A DNA stretch of 64,000 nt from the human T2T-CHM13v2.0 reference genome, Homo sapiens: assembly GCF_009914755.1 (NCBI RefSeq), contig NC_060936.1. The stretch is one strand, 5' to 3'. The notes beneath the pieces are model-generated. The model saw only the letters and a program-made list of their open reading frames with translations, did not search any database and had not been told where the DNA came from. Of this stretch, positions 15,440-29,520 are shown one piece after another (the first letter of the stretch is position 1; every line of letters begins with the position of its first letter). The position numbers and the translations under genes are program-made.

Positions 15440-15815
15440 TTATTTTCTTTCTCCTTCAAAAGCCAAGCAGGTGCCTACTTCAGGGCATTTTCATGTTTAT
15501 TTTTCTTCCTGGTCTTTCCATAGCTGTGAACTCCTCAGAGATCACCCCTGACCGCCCAGTCACTCTCTATTAAAATACCCTGGCTATGTTCCTCAAAACA
15601 TTTGGTACTATCTACAATTCTCTTGTTTGTTTATCTGCTTGTGTTTCTTTCCAACAGAAGAGATGCTCCATGACAATCGGCTCCTCATCTGTGGAGCTGA
15701 GGCTTCTGTACCTACAGCCCTCAGCACAGCCTCTGGCAATGGTAAGTGCTCCATGGTTGTGTGATGCGTGGATTAACATATGCCTGCAAACACAACAGGT
15801 ATTTGTTGAATGAAA
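15440..15815 (+). mobile_element. L2 3' relic
   Basis: ttcagggcattttcatgt...; ends atttgttgaatgaa. Confidence 0.6.
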
Positions 15816-15942
15816 TAATGCACACACGCACACATGAGAAAAAGAACAGCCTTGTTTCTGCTGAGCTCCACTCTTGGGCTCTCAGGCACTTGGCCGAGGC
15901 CTTTAGCCAAACTGCACTTTTATTACTTTCTATTGTCAACGG

Positions 15943-16530
15943 CTTTTTATAACTACAAAGGCAGTATGTGTTCACTGTAGAAAATTTGGGAATCCACAAC
16001 AAACACAAATTTGAAGATTCAAAGAGCCTAGAAATAGCCACTGTTGACATTGTTTTTATGCACATATTATGCAAAATTGGAGTCATGGGATTCTTATTGA
16101 TTTGTGATCTACTCTTTTCATTTAACAATGTGGCATTAATATTTCATAGGTCACTTAACTCTCTTCTAAAATGCGTTGTTTCAAGGCTGCATTGCATTCC
16201 ATTGTACGTCCAGACAAGGTTGTCAATAACACCACATTACGGGACATTTCACTTGTTTCCTTTTCTTCTTGGCTACCATAAAAAATAACAATAAACATTC
16301 TTGCGTGCTTATGCACATTTCCATTATTAGTTTCTCCAGATAGATTCCCATAAGTGGACTTGCTTGACAAATTGAAATACAAATTAGAGCATTTGTAAGT
16401 ATTGCTAAATTGATCTCTAGAACAACTGCATCAATTAATACTCCCAGCATCAGTGTTTAAAGATGTTCATCTCCTTTTCCCTTTACCAACAATGGATGCT
16501 AATATTTTTTAAAAATCTATAATACTATAA
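15943..16530 (-). mobile_element. L1ME-like fragment
   Basis: Reverse L1 3' motifs (ggctgcattgcattccattgtac; tagattcccataagtgga; actcccagcatcagtgt). Confidence 0.6.
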
Positions 16531-18233
16531 TCTATCTTTTTAATTAGATCACAGATTTCTTGCGAGCCCTTTCTTTTACTTCTGTATTACTCCCGATATA
16601 TAGCAGGCACTCCTTGTGTATGGATAGATGAACTGCATGAATTTTGTCAAGGATTACCAGGAAAAACATTGAGCAACATGAACAAGTTGTCTTTTTCCTG
16701 TTTCAAGAGCTCTCCTGCCCAGTTTACATGCGCACCTGAGCACAGTCCTTCTTCCCTGCTAAACCTTGCTGAACGTCCTTTTGCCTTTGGTTTGGGAATG
16801 TTGGGCGCACATCCCACCAGATCCAGCTCTCCCTCCCATTTAGCTTCAGCAGAAGAGGTGGCAGAATTACTAATTTTAGCTGACATGATGTTTACTGCTG
16901 CAAGTATCACTAATTAATGATGTAACCGCAGAATAACAAGTCCCAGATTTCCCTTAGCAAAGCAAAACTGAGAGTAAACCCCACACTGGACCACTCCACA
17001 GCATCCGAGCCTACCAACTGGAAAGAGACAATCACCAGGGGCTCAATCTGACCCAGAATTTGTGCTAGGAGAAATTTAACCCCATAATGCCATGTTAAAG
17101 AGCTGCCTGCTACCCACTCACCCCATGTGCAGATCCCAGCTTGTCAGCCCTCAGGGAGCCCTCAGGGAATAGGACCAGGTCTTGTTTGTTGGTACAGCCC
17201 TGTGCCCAGCATTGCTTGACATATGGTAAATACCTATTAAACATCTGGTGAATACACAGACACCAAAGAGAGGGAACAGACGATGAAAAGATTCATGGAA
17301 GCCTGGGCAGGGAGAGGGCAGGGTGAGGAGTATTCTCTGATGTTCTTCATTGTCATCCACATGGAGTAGAGCAAATGGACACTCAGGGAAGAAACAGCTG
17401 GGGCCACAGCTGGGCAGCTATATAGCTTGTAAATTCTGGGATCTGGATTTGGTCTTAAGTCAGAAACAACTTCATTCCCTTTGCCTGTTCTATGCTGCCT
17501 TCCAACTCTAGAGAAAAATGTCTAATACCCTCCATCTGAGAATTTGTGTTCAATAAATGTTTATTACAATTTTAAAATTAAAATGTCTTGAATAATCAAC
17601 TTATATTCCAGCTATTGTGAAGACGTTCTCACAGCAACATTTTCCCTGAAATGGCCCTTATATGCTAAAGTGGGCCCTATATGGTAAAAAATATATATAT
17701 ATATATGGAAGTGAGAACTATTGTCTGCCTACACAAATTGACAGTAAAATCATAGATTTTCTGGGCTGGAAAGACAGAGAACAAAATGAACAATAGACTC
17801 TCCAATGCATTTTTGTTTTTTAATGCACATCTTCTTTGGCTGGAGATAAGAGTTAACCATTTTAGTAACACTGAATGCCAATAACAGCTTATGTGCAAAT
17901 ACAGCAGAAGGAGCTATATAATTCATTTATTCATTTATTTGGTGTTAGACACTACGGAAACAAAAACAGTATGTTCCTCCCCATTCTCATGAAGCTTACT
18001 GTCAACCAGGGAGATCCACAAGCACTCTATCACAACAGCTAACAGAGGCCTGTGCCCACTGGGTTACAGAAGTGCTTTACCAGGCTTCTCAAGGAGGTGA
18101 GAAAAGAAGGAATTCAGAAAAACTGAGATGAAACAAGACTTATGCTAATTGAAAATATATTAATAATACTAACAGTTATCCATTTATTGAGTGGCCTACT
18201 ATGAACGCAGTACTAATAACAATTCATTGATTA

Positions 18234-18526
<293 letters not shown>

Positions 18527-18702
18527 CTCATTGAGGGGGAATCTATTATCTCCATTTTACAGAGGAAGAAACTGAGGCTTTGAGAGTTTAGTTTACCCAG
18601 CTCATAAGGTCCTAAACAAGAGAAGAACAATCTGGATTAGAGTTAAAAACTAGCATATAACAGTCATTGTCCCAAATGTCACTTGAAAAATAGGTGCACA
18701 TC

Positions 18703-19223
18703 TTCTATTGAGTATCTATTGCTACATAACAAATTATCCCAAAAACTTAGTAGTCTAAAACAACAAATATCCTTTATCTCAAAGTTTCTGTGGGTCAAGA
18801 ATTCAGAGACAGCTTAGGTGGGTTGTTCTGGTTCAGGATCACTCAGATTTGCAGTTCAGATGCCAATCAGGGCTGTGTTCATCTGAAGGCTTGACTGGGG
18901 CTGCATAATCTACTTCCAAGATACCCCACTCACATAGCTGTTGGCAGAAAGCCTCAGTTTCCTTGCCATGTGGGCCTCTCCATAGGGTTGAGTGTGAAGC
19001 CGTATGGCAGGTGGCTTCCCCAAGAGCTAGTAATCTAAGAGAGGGCAAAATAGAAGCCACAATGCCTTTTAAAATCTAGTCTCCAAAGTCTAGCAATATC
19101 ACTCCTTTAACTTTCTATTAATTAGAAATGAGTCTTCAAGTACAGCCCATGTTAAGGGGAAGAGAATTAGGCTCCATCTTTCAAATGGTGGAGAATTTGT
19201 GGTCATGTGTTAAAACCATCACT
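18703..19223 (-). mobile_element. MLT1F-like solo LTR (ERVL-MaLR)
   Basis: tatctattgctacataacaaattatcccaaaa...catctgaaggcttgactggggctg...tgtgggcctctccatagg. Confidence 0.85.
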
Positions 19224-19396
19224 CTAGCTCAGACTGGAAACTGGAATTGAGTAGGGGGATCCTATCTGGAGAAAAAGGTTTGTGTTTCAAAAAGTAGTGG
19301 GTAGTAAATAAACTAGCTCTTGAGTGTTGAAAAAATAAGATGGTATCCACAAACCAGGCAAAGGAGGTTGCTCATCTACCAAGTGCATAAGTGGAA

Positions 19397-19699
19397 TTTT
19401 TTTTTTTTTTTTTTAGACAGGGTCTCACTCTGTTACCCAGGCTGGAGTGCAGTGGTACGTTCCCAGCTCACTGTGGCTTCGGGCTCCTGAGCTCCAGTGA
19501 TCTTCCTGCCTCAGCCTTCTAAGTAGCTAGGACTACCAGTGTGTGCCACCACACCAGCTAAGTTTTTTTTTTTTATAAGATGGGGTCTCACTATGTTGCC
19601 CTGGCTGTTGTCAAACTTCTGGCCTCAAGTGCTCCTCCTGCCTCAGCCTCCCAAAGTTCAAAGTTCTGGCATTACAGGTGTGAGCTACCACACCTAGCC
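19397..19699 (-). mobile_element. AluJ-like
   Basis: Reverse dimer with a small internal duplication caaagttcaaagtt. Confidence 0.9.
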
Positions 19700-20324
19700 A
19701 TGGTGTAATACTTTTAGGAAAAGAGGTTGGCGGCTTGGTAAAATTCATAGTTTTAGGAAGAGAAACATGAAGTTTAAAAATACTTTTTGGTTATTAACTC
19801 TTTTTATTGTTTTCCCTGCCTTTGAGCAAAAATTCCTTTGAAAATGTCAATTTACTTATTAGATATGCCTTAAGAAAGGGGTTTGGGCTACAAAGACAGG
19901 TGGGAATTAGAATCTCTGGTGGACCAGAGGAAGTGGGGATGGTTGCAGGGATCAAAGGGAGGGAGCACAGAGGGGAGAAAAGGAAGAGCAGGGTCTCCTA
20001 GGTAAGCTGTTTCCACCAGAAATTCTCCTTCAGGGCTCTCCTTGGCATGTCCCAGACTTCTGAACATTCTGTGCTCTGTTCAAAAAAGGAAGGCTCTTCC
20101 TTTTCAGAGCCTAGATAAATTAGATAAAATGAACTTCCTAGCATAGAAAGCTGAATGTCAAAAAAATCAATTCACATGACCTTACCAATGCAAAATACAA
20201 ACCATGAAATGGTCTTAACATATCGAAGGCAGCATTTGCACTGTGGAGAAAAAGATAGACAGCAAAGCCCAGAGCCAGCCCAGCATCGCCACTGAACGGA
20301 AAGCGCTGCGGTGGGGCCTGGGCT

Positions 20325-20487
20325 GAAACCCAAGCGCCATCTATAACCAGCTGCGACACCTTGGGAAAATTCATCTTTCTCAGGTGTGGTTTCCTTTTTG
20401 TAAAGATAGGGGTACTAGTAATTTCTTACAAGGTTGTGAGGGTTTAATGAGAAACGTAAGAGCTCAACGAATGTCAACTATCATTAA
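20325..20487 (+). mobile_element. MIR relic
   Basis: accagctgcgacaccttggg...ggttgtgagggtttaatgaga...gctcaacgaatg. Confidence 0.55.
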
Positions 20488-20668
20488 TGCATGATAGGGA
20501 CTAAGACATGAAGTTAGCCATTAGGAGTAAAATTAAAGAACATGTGTTCATTTTCTGCATCTCAATGTATGGTTTTATCTTGAACACTGTTCAGAAAGCA
20601 AATGGTAAATCACTGCACCTTCTCTCCCTCCTTCAACTTCCCTAACTTCCCATCCCTTCGCTCTCCAG

Positions 20669-20757
20669 GGAAAGGGGAGGGACCTCATCACTCAGATCAG
20701 ACATGGAGAAACACAGAGAGCTGCTGTTTCCCGAATCCCAGCAGCATTTCAGAGGCG
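20669..20757 (+). other. candidate 89-nt exon (real or cryptic)
   Basis: Branch point ccctaac (A at 20645), pyrimidine tract, CAG/G acceptor, GCG/GTAAGT donor; no transcript evidence available. Confidence 0.45.
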
Positions 20758-20822
20758 GTAAGTCCCGGGAAGGAGCCATGGCAGCGGCTTCCCATGGCTC
20801 CTGAATTCCGTCTTTCTGAAAC

Positions 20823-20825
<3 letters not shown>

Positions 20826-20870
<45 letters not shown>
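20826..20870. repeat. perfect (GT)22G microsatellite
   Basis: Direct read. Confidence 0.98.
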
Positions 20871-20871
<1 letters not shown>

Positions 20872-21954
20872 ATAGCAATAGCCCTATTCAACAGCAGCTT
20901 TTCCAAATCCCAGAAATTAGGCACAGGGGAGCCACTGGGGGACTCCTTGGAATTCTAGGGAAAGGGACCCCAGGAGAGGTGTAAAGGTTGGTAAGGACCC
21001 TCTCTGGAGCAAAGGGTGGGAAAATCATCCCCACATGGCTTTTATCTCCTAATCAAGCCTCACGTCTCAAACCACAGAGCAACACAAGCTCATGACCAGC
21101 AAGGCTGAGGTTGTTTCCAGCAGCACAGTTCTTGGGCCTTTAAGAACAGGAAAACCAATATGCATTAGAAGGTACATAAGAAGGTACCTGAAACACACTG
21201 ATGAAAGAATAATTGTCAATTCCCATATTACATGGCCAAATGCCAGTAGATTAGATGACTGCTGTGGTCCCTCATACCCATTTTCCAGCAGGGAGCTATT
21301 GCCCAAGCTTGGTCAGAACCCTGCAGTCAGAAACAGGTTAAAATTCCCTTTCCAGATCTGGTCCTGTAGCATCCCATCAGGGAAATACTCCCTGATGCTC
21401 CTGAATACCTTGCCAGCCAAACAGGTACCTTTAGGCCCACACAGCCTTACCCATTTAATAACTGAAGCACTTTTCTAAAAGCTGCCAAGCCCAGTTTTAT
21501 TAAGGGTCCAAATATAAAACCTTCATCAACTATTCATGCCTCTCAGGGGCTTAACTGGGACCTTTCAGAGAACAGTGTGAGAGACTCGGTACTTAGTTAC
21601 AAACCCTGCCTAGGAAATCAATTTATTCTGGATTCTTGGAGGAAGAATAGAGCATGTTGCTATTTACTTTTAATAACAAAACCCCTTGGCGTCTCAAGCC
21701 CATCTCTTAGTCAAAGAGAATTGTTATTCATCATTACAGGGTAAGGTCTGACCTTAAAAGCCTGCCTCCACTGGACACATTCCTAGATATATACATGTCG
21801 GGGAACCTCAGATGGACCCTCCGTGGAGTCAGGAGAGACACCATCACGCACCCATCAGGCTTCTGTCACTGATTCAAGGCCATCAACTTCTGGCCCTTGT
21901 CAAGCAGCTGGAATTGTTTTTAAGTTCTCGCTGTGCAATACTTTCCTCAGCCTC

Positions 21955-22200
21955 AATAACCAACGCCACCACTCAGTGAGCCTTATTCTATGCCAGGCAC
22001 TGCTCTAAGTCCTTTTGGGTATCATCTCTTTTGTTTTTCACCACTACCCTGAGGGGCAGGTTCTATAACACCCCCATGTTTTACAAATGCAGAAACTGAG
22101 ATACAGGGGGATGGATAAGGAAGCTGCCCAAGGTCCCACAGCTAATTAAGTAGGAGAGCTGGGATCCAAACCCACAGTCTGGCCCCAGAGGCTGTATACT
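21955..22200 (-). mobile_element. MIR, near full length
   Basis: tatgccaggcactgctctaag...ttttacaaatgcagaaactgag...cccaaggtcccacagct. Confidence 0.75.
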
Positions 22201-23099
22201 TGCTGCTGTGTTATTCAAACCTGTTTGCTGTATGGGTTTCAGGGTTTTTTCGTGCCATTTAAGGATGAAGCCCCTCTCTCCTTTGGCATCTTAGCAAAAC
22301 ACTGGTTTGGCATTAGATGGTAGCCATCTAATACTTGCTCAGTGGCCATGCCTTAGCTGTTTCTACACTGTAAAGAACTGCCACTTCATGATTTTTTTTT
22401 TTTTTTTACTTAATGTTGACTCTTTCAGCTTTCTTACCCTAAATGGTATTCTAGTGATGATCAAAGCTTCATTTCCCTTAAGAAGCAGAATAAAATAGTA
22501 GAACATGGATTTTGAAGACAAAGAGAAGCCCTTCTACTACTTCAAGATGAGTTACCTTGGGCAAGAGAATTAACATCTCTGAGCCTTAGCCTCCTTGCTC
22601 ATGATATGCAGGTGGCCATATTTACCTTTTAATATTATTATGAGAAAGAAAAGATATAAAGTATATAAATGACCTGTTACATGCAATAAAGAGTAACTCC
22701 CTGAGGTTCTTTCCTGTTCTAAAAGTCTGTAACTACCTTTACTGCTTGGGTGATTACATATCCCCAAGGAAGAAAAGATTTGGGTTTACTGGCTTGTTTC
22801 CATCAAAAGCATGTCTCTCGGGTGTAGAAAATCAACAGTTACTGACATCTACCAGTTCTGTAGTCTCATGCTAAATTCAGGGGACATACATTCCAGGGAG
22901 CAATCAGATGCACATGCGGGGGGAAGCTAACAAATAATTCCACAAGCAAATGACCAAGCAGGAAACCAGCACTGAGCAGGAAACTAACAGAAGGAGAAGA
23001 TCCTTCCGCCGGCCCCTGTGTGAGGTCAGATAAGAGAAATTTTCAGGAAAGAGCAGATTGGGGCAGGCAGAGAAGATGAGGGGGGAAAAATCCAGGAAT

Positions 23100-23173
23100 G
23101 GCAGAGTAGAAAGGAGGGAAGAAGGAAGAGAGAGAGAGGATAGAAAGGAAGAGAGCGAAAGAAAGAGAGAGAG
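23100..23173. repeat. GA-rich low-complexity tract
   Basis: Almost pure purine run on the + strand. Confidence 0.8.
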
Positions 23174-23568
23174 CAGCACACGCAAGCACTAAGATCTGGA
23201 ATGTAAAGATGGAAGATCACAAGATGTACCCAGTCAACAGTAAGACAGCTAGCTGGGCAGGAAGTCAGGATTAAATAATCAATTGATGGTGTACATATTG
23301 TTGCATTTTGCTTTACCACTTACCAAGTGCTCTACATGTGTAATCCTACTTAATCCTTACAAAGGCCACGCTAAGCCTATACTATCCCTATTTTTCAGTT
23401 GAGGAAACACTCAGAGAGACTCAGATTCACGATTTCCACAACCGATTCTCAAAATAATTCTGAGATGAGTAGGCAAGCATTATTTCCATTTCAAAAAAAA
23501 GGTCAATTAAGGCTCAGAGAACCCAATGATCCATCTCAGTGCTTCTCAATGCTAAAGGTGCAGCATCC

Positions 23569-23850
23569 TTTTTTTTTTTTTTTTTTTTTTTGAGATACTG
23601 TCTTGCTGTGTCGCCCAGGCTGGAGTGCAGGGGCATGATCTCAGCTCACTGCAAACTCCACCTCCTGGGCAAGCAATTCTCCTGTCTCAGCCTCCTGAGT
23701 AGCTGGGATTACAGGCACCCACCACCACACCCAGCTAATTTTTGTATTTTTAGTAGAGACAGGGTTTCACCGTGTTGGCCAGGCTAGTCTTAAACTCCTA
23801 ACTTCAAGTGATCCACACTGGGATTATAGGCGTCAGTCGCCACGCCCACC
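23569..23850 (-). mobile_element. AluS with an internal deletion of about 20 bp
   Basis: Reverse dimer; gatccacactgggatta lacks the cgcctcggcctcccaaagtg segment; flanks cagcatcct/cagcaccct. Confidence 0.9.
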
Positions 23851-24787
23851 CAGCACCCTCGTTTTATAATTAATATTTATAATGCCATCATTATTATCTT
23901 CAAATAAAACAAAACTCAAAAATAATATAATAACCATAATTGTGACAACCAAAATTGTCCCCCACAAATATCCAAGCACCCACCAGGGGATAAGACGCTT
24001 CAGGCTAAAAACTATTCAAAGACAAAGGTAGGACCAGTCCTCAACCTTAGGTCTCCTGACTTTCAAAGAAGGGCTCTTGAAAAGGTGGGGTGTGGCCACA
24101 GGGTGGAGGACACAGACCAGCAGAGCCATGACAGAGAAGGCTGGACATCAGCAAGGTCAGGCCTTCAGCCTCTTTCCCTCTAACGCTGGCCACCAGTATT
24201 GAGAAAATGATGGCATTTACATCACAACCACTCACCACCTCAGCTCTTTAATCTCTGAAACTCATCTTGCCGAAATGGAAATTAAGCACTGTCTTCTAAA
24301 CCCTTTCACAGTACATATTCCATATGCCAGTTCTGATGCAAAAAACACAGGGACTTGAGAAGAATCACTTACGCTCTTCACAGCCAACTCAAATTAACTC
24401 ATAGTACAAAACAAAACATCCGGAAACAAGACTTTTGTTTTAAAAGTCTGTGCAAGGCCTTGGATTCGATTTATCTTCCTCTTGGTCTAACCACTTGACA
24501 GGACTGATGGCTTTGATCAACCTGCCAAGAAAAACCAAAAAGACATCCAGAGCTCACATTCCAGGGGCGCCTGTGGGAGATTCAGGGCTGACAAATTGTA
24601 TGCACAGATTCTCAGGAAGAAAAGCCAAACATCTTCATTCTTGAGGTTTAATTTATGTGATTTAATGCCATGTTAGCACGCTTGTAAACCTATGTCATGA
24701 TCAATCAAGCAGGAGGCAAGACGTCCTTCTCTCAGTTGGCTGTGCCACATTGTTTTAGCAGACATTAGATAATAAAACAAAGCTACT

Positions 24788-25086
24788 GGCTGGGTGCGGT
24801 GGCTCACGCCTGTAATCCTGACACTTTGGGAGGCCGAGGCTGGTGGATCGTGAGGTCAGGAGTTCGAGACCAGCCTGACCAACATGGTGAAACCCTGTCT
24901 CTACTAAAAATACAAAAATTAGCTGGGCATGGTAGCACACGCCTGTAATCCCAGCTACTCAGGAGGCTGAGGCAGGAGAATCACTTCAACCTGGGAGGCA
25001 GAGGTTGTGGTGAGCCAAGATCACACCACTGCACTCAAGCCTGAGTGACACAGCAAGACTCCATCTCAAAGAAAAAAAAAAAAAAA
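24788..25086 (+). mobile_element. AluSg-like
   Basis: Full dimer plus poly(A). Confidence 0.94.
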
Positions 25087-25329
25087 CTGCCATGAAGAAA
25101 CTGCTGGCTCACATCCTAAAGTTCCACCTAAGTGGAATTATACATTCAATGAATGACTACAAAGCACCTACATAGCGCCAGGCGCTACGAGAAGTTTAAC
25201 GACGTCCCTGGTCCTCCCTCCCAGGACCCCACAACCTGGTGAAGAAAATGTGCCAGGTACGCAGGCACAAGGCCCTGAGTGAGCGGCCCAAAAGGCAGTG
25301 AAAGCAAAAAGTCAAAAATAAATCCAATC

Positions 25330-25640
<311 letters not shown>

Positions 25641-26338
25641 AAAAATCCAATTAATGTTTGGCTATGTGGTAACCAAAGCCAGGAATAGGGGGCATACATA
25701 AAATCCACAGAAACCACAGATTTAAATTAATTTAAGGTAAACCCTTTTCAGAATATTAACAGGTAGATCTCTCTCAATTAGCCTTTAACCACACCTTCCA
25801 ACAAGACTAAGATTGACTTACTAGGCAGAAGGAAAGGGACTGTTGGTTTATCCAAGGTCAGCTGAGCAGCAGAGACCAAACACCAACTGAGGAAGAAGAG
25901 CCATGTGCAAAAAGGAGATAACTTTAGATGGAAATTCTAGACATACAGTGACATGGAAGCATATTACCTTGCCTACAAAGCAAAAGAGAGAAAGATTCCT
26001 ATGCCAAGGGAAAGACAGACCCAAAATAGCTTTAAGGTTTGTTAAAGTCCTCTGATGCAGAGTTCAATTGCACTAATTCTGTCCTCATTTTTGAAAGAAG
26101 ACATGCCACATTTTTAGGAAATGAATAAATATTGCCAAAATTTATTTTATTTCTTATAAACTTGGGAAACGTTTTTCCCTAAGTTTTTTCCCTGTATTTG
26201 CAATGACAAACTCCCTAATTTCTTCTCCAAAAAGACTATGGCATCCTATTTCATGGAGGGTAAAAAAGGCTATTTTGATGATATGACATCCACAAGGTGA
26301 GCAGGTGGAATGTGCAATAATGCCGCTAAAGTTTTTCC

Positions 26339-27500
26339 TTTTTAAACAGATTTATTAAGATGTAATTCACATACCATCAAGGGCATCCATTTAAGTATAC
26401 AATTCAATGGTTTATATACATTTAGTATATTGCAACCATTACTATAATTTTGGAACATTTTCATCATCCTCTAACAAAACTTTATATTTATTAGCAGTCA
26501 CTCCCATTTTCTCCTACCACCTGTCCCCTTCTCCTACCCTAAGGAAATACTAATCTACTTTCTGTCTTTATAGATTTGCCTCTGCTCAACATTTTATATA
26601 AACAGAACCATACAATATGTGGTCCTTTGTGACTGGCTTCTTCCACTTAGCATGTTTTTGAGGGTCATCCATGTTATAGAACATACCAGCACTTCATTCT
26701 ATTTGTTGCTGAATAATATTTCATTATAGGGATATACCATATTTTGCTTAACCATTTATCAGCTGAAAAAAATTGGGATTGTTTCCACTGTTTTGGCTAA
26801 TATGAATAGTGTTGCTATAAAGATTTGTATACAAGTTTTGTGTCGATATGTTTTCATTTGTTTTGAGTATAATATGCCCAGGAGTGGAACTGCTGAGTCA
26901 TACAGTAAATTTATGTTTAGTTGATTTTTTTTAGAGACAGGATCTTGCTATGTTGCCCAGGCTGGCATTGAACTCCTGGGCTCAAGAGTTCCTCCCGTCT
27001 CAGCTTCCAAGTAGCTGGGATGACAGGTGCACACCACAGTGTCCAGCTATGTTTAGCATTTTGAGGAAGTGTTAAACTGTTTTCCAAAGTGGCTGCACGA
27101 TTTTACCTTCCCACTAACAGTGTATGAGGGTTTCAATTTCTCCACATCCTCACCAACACTTGTTATTGTCCATTTTTTATTACAGCCATCCTCATGGGTA
27201 TCAAGTGGTATCCTGGTGTCATTTTGATTTGAATGTCCATAAGGACTAATGAATGACATTGAGCATCTTTTCATGAGCTTACCAGCCTTTGTATATCTTC
27301 TTTGGAGAAATGTCTATTCAGATCCTTTGCCCATTTTTAAATTGAGCTGTCTTTATTGTTGAATTGTAAGAGCTCTTTATATATTCTAGATACAAGTCAC
27401 TTATCAGATATATGATTTGCAAATATTTCCTCCCAATGTATGAGTTGTCTTTTCACTTTCTTGATGATGTCTTCTGAAACACAAGTTTTTTATTTTGAAA
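26339..27500 (-). mobile_element. L1MB-like 3' portion
   Basis: Reverse L1MB 3'UTR and ORF2 end (ORF 27053-27274 resembles the ORF2 C-terminus). Confidence 0.85.
26925..27047 (-). mobile_element. FLAM (free left Alu monomer) inside L1MB
   Basis: Monomer; TSD tatgtttag at 26912-26920 and 27048-27056. Confidence 0.85.
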
Positions 27501-27562
27501 ATGTGAAAGGTTTTGAAAGTACTTAGTACATATCTTACAGGGGAGGTGAAATTAAGATAGGG

Positions 27563-28025
27563 GCATATTTGTACACCCATGTTCATAGCAGCATTATTCA
27601 CAATTGCCAAAAGAGGAAGCAACCCAAGTGTTCATCAACAGATGAATGGATGAACAAATGTGATACGTATATATAATAGAATATTATTCAGCCTTAAAAA
27701 AGGAGATTCTGACACATCCTACAATGTGGATGAACCTTGAGGACACTATGCTAAGTGAAATAAGCCAATGACAAAAAGACAAATATCATACAATTCCACT
27801 TATATGAGATCCCTAGGGTAGTCAAATTCATATAGACAGAAAGTAGAATGATGGTTGTACAAAAATTAGAAGGGGTAAATGGAAAGTTATTGTTTAATGG
27901 GTACAGACTTTCTGTTTGGGAAGAAAAAAGAGATGAAAAGATGAAAGGAGATTGACAGCAGTGATGGTTGCACAACGTGATTGTAATAAATGCCACTGAA
28001 CTGTACACTGGAACAGTTAAAATAA
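27563..28025 (+). mobile_element. L1MB-like 3' end
   Basis: cacccatgttcatagcagcattattcacaat...aatgccactgaactgtacact. Confidence 0.85.
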
Positions 28026-28045
28026 TAAGTAATAAACAGATGAGG

Positions 28046-28418
<373 letters not shown>

Positions 28419-29239
28419 CTAACTTCTATGCCAATAAGTAAAATAAGCCAAAAGCACAAAAAGTAAACGGTTCAACTAATCCAAAAACAAGCAGCATACA
28501 AAGTTCAATGAAACAGCAAAATGTGAAAATAAATTCCTTCTGCTGACTCCCATATTTGTAGAAGGTCCATACTATGTGAAGAACAATGCTGAAGGTGGAG
28601 ATTCAGAAACGCTTGAGATAAGGACTCTGTGCCCTAAAGGAATTTTCAGACCAGGAATATATTTTCAGTCCCGTGAATGGCACTCAGCCTAATTCGACCT
28701 GCATGCTTTTTGAATGGGAATCTTGTAAAGACTGGATTGAAGAACACTGCAATCAGAGTTAGACTACATCTAGGGAAGCTCTTGTTTCTTCTTCTTCCCT
28801 CCTCTGACATAGCAGTATATCTTTCAACTCTATGAAAATTTAAAGCTCTTACTCATCTGTTAAATATAAAAGGAGGATGATTATGCAATTTGGAATCCAG
28901 ATAGTCATTTTTCTGAATGAGTTCATGCATATGCTTATTTACAACTATTTCATTTTTTCCTGAATGCACGTAAAAGATCACTGCAGCTTAACAGTATGCA
29001 AATCTATTCCTACTGTGAAATCATAACAGCAGCACCAGCCTGCTGAGAACTAAGAGGAAATGCCACATATGACCAAAGACTAAATTACCTACCAAATCAA
29101 GCCTTTGAAAAGCACAGACACATTTACTATGGAACAAGAATATGCAACAATAAGAAAAAGTTCTAGCAGAGGGATTAGTTAGAATAATACATGCCGAAAA
29201 GTGCTTTAAGAAGCAGAAACATCTTTTGGACAGACAGAA

Positions 29240-29520
29240 GTTCATTCAATAACTTAAACAATATTTATTAAGCACCTATTATATGCCAGGTACCATGCTA
29301 GGATCTAGGAGGTTAAAAATAAAAAAGAAGACTTAGTCCTTCCCAACCCTCTCCCAGAACCTCAGTGTCTACCATGGGGAAAAATAAGCAACAAATTCAA
29401 TAAGATGTGATAAATGCTGTGATAGATAATGTACAAGATGCTATGAAAGCAATAGCATTATAGGATAGCATGGAGGGATCAAGGAAAGTTTGCTGAAGGA
29501 GAGGAGACCTAGGGTGTGTG
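29240..29520 (-). mobile_element. L2 3' relic
   Basis: atatttattaagcacctattatatgccaggtacc L2 terminus. Confidence 0.65.

Noticed and set aside
16647-16917. Overlapping 87-aa and 82-aa ORFs in unique DNA
   Set aside because: No recognisable homology or convincing splice boundaries, and the length is compatible with chance
21092-21478. 128-aa ORF in unique DNA
   Set aside because: No recognisable domain or coding-like composition, and no supporting gene structure
26339-28025. Twin-priming L1 inversion
   Set aside because: Both parts contain the same L1 3' region, whereas twin priming yields non-overlapping segments
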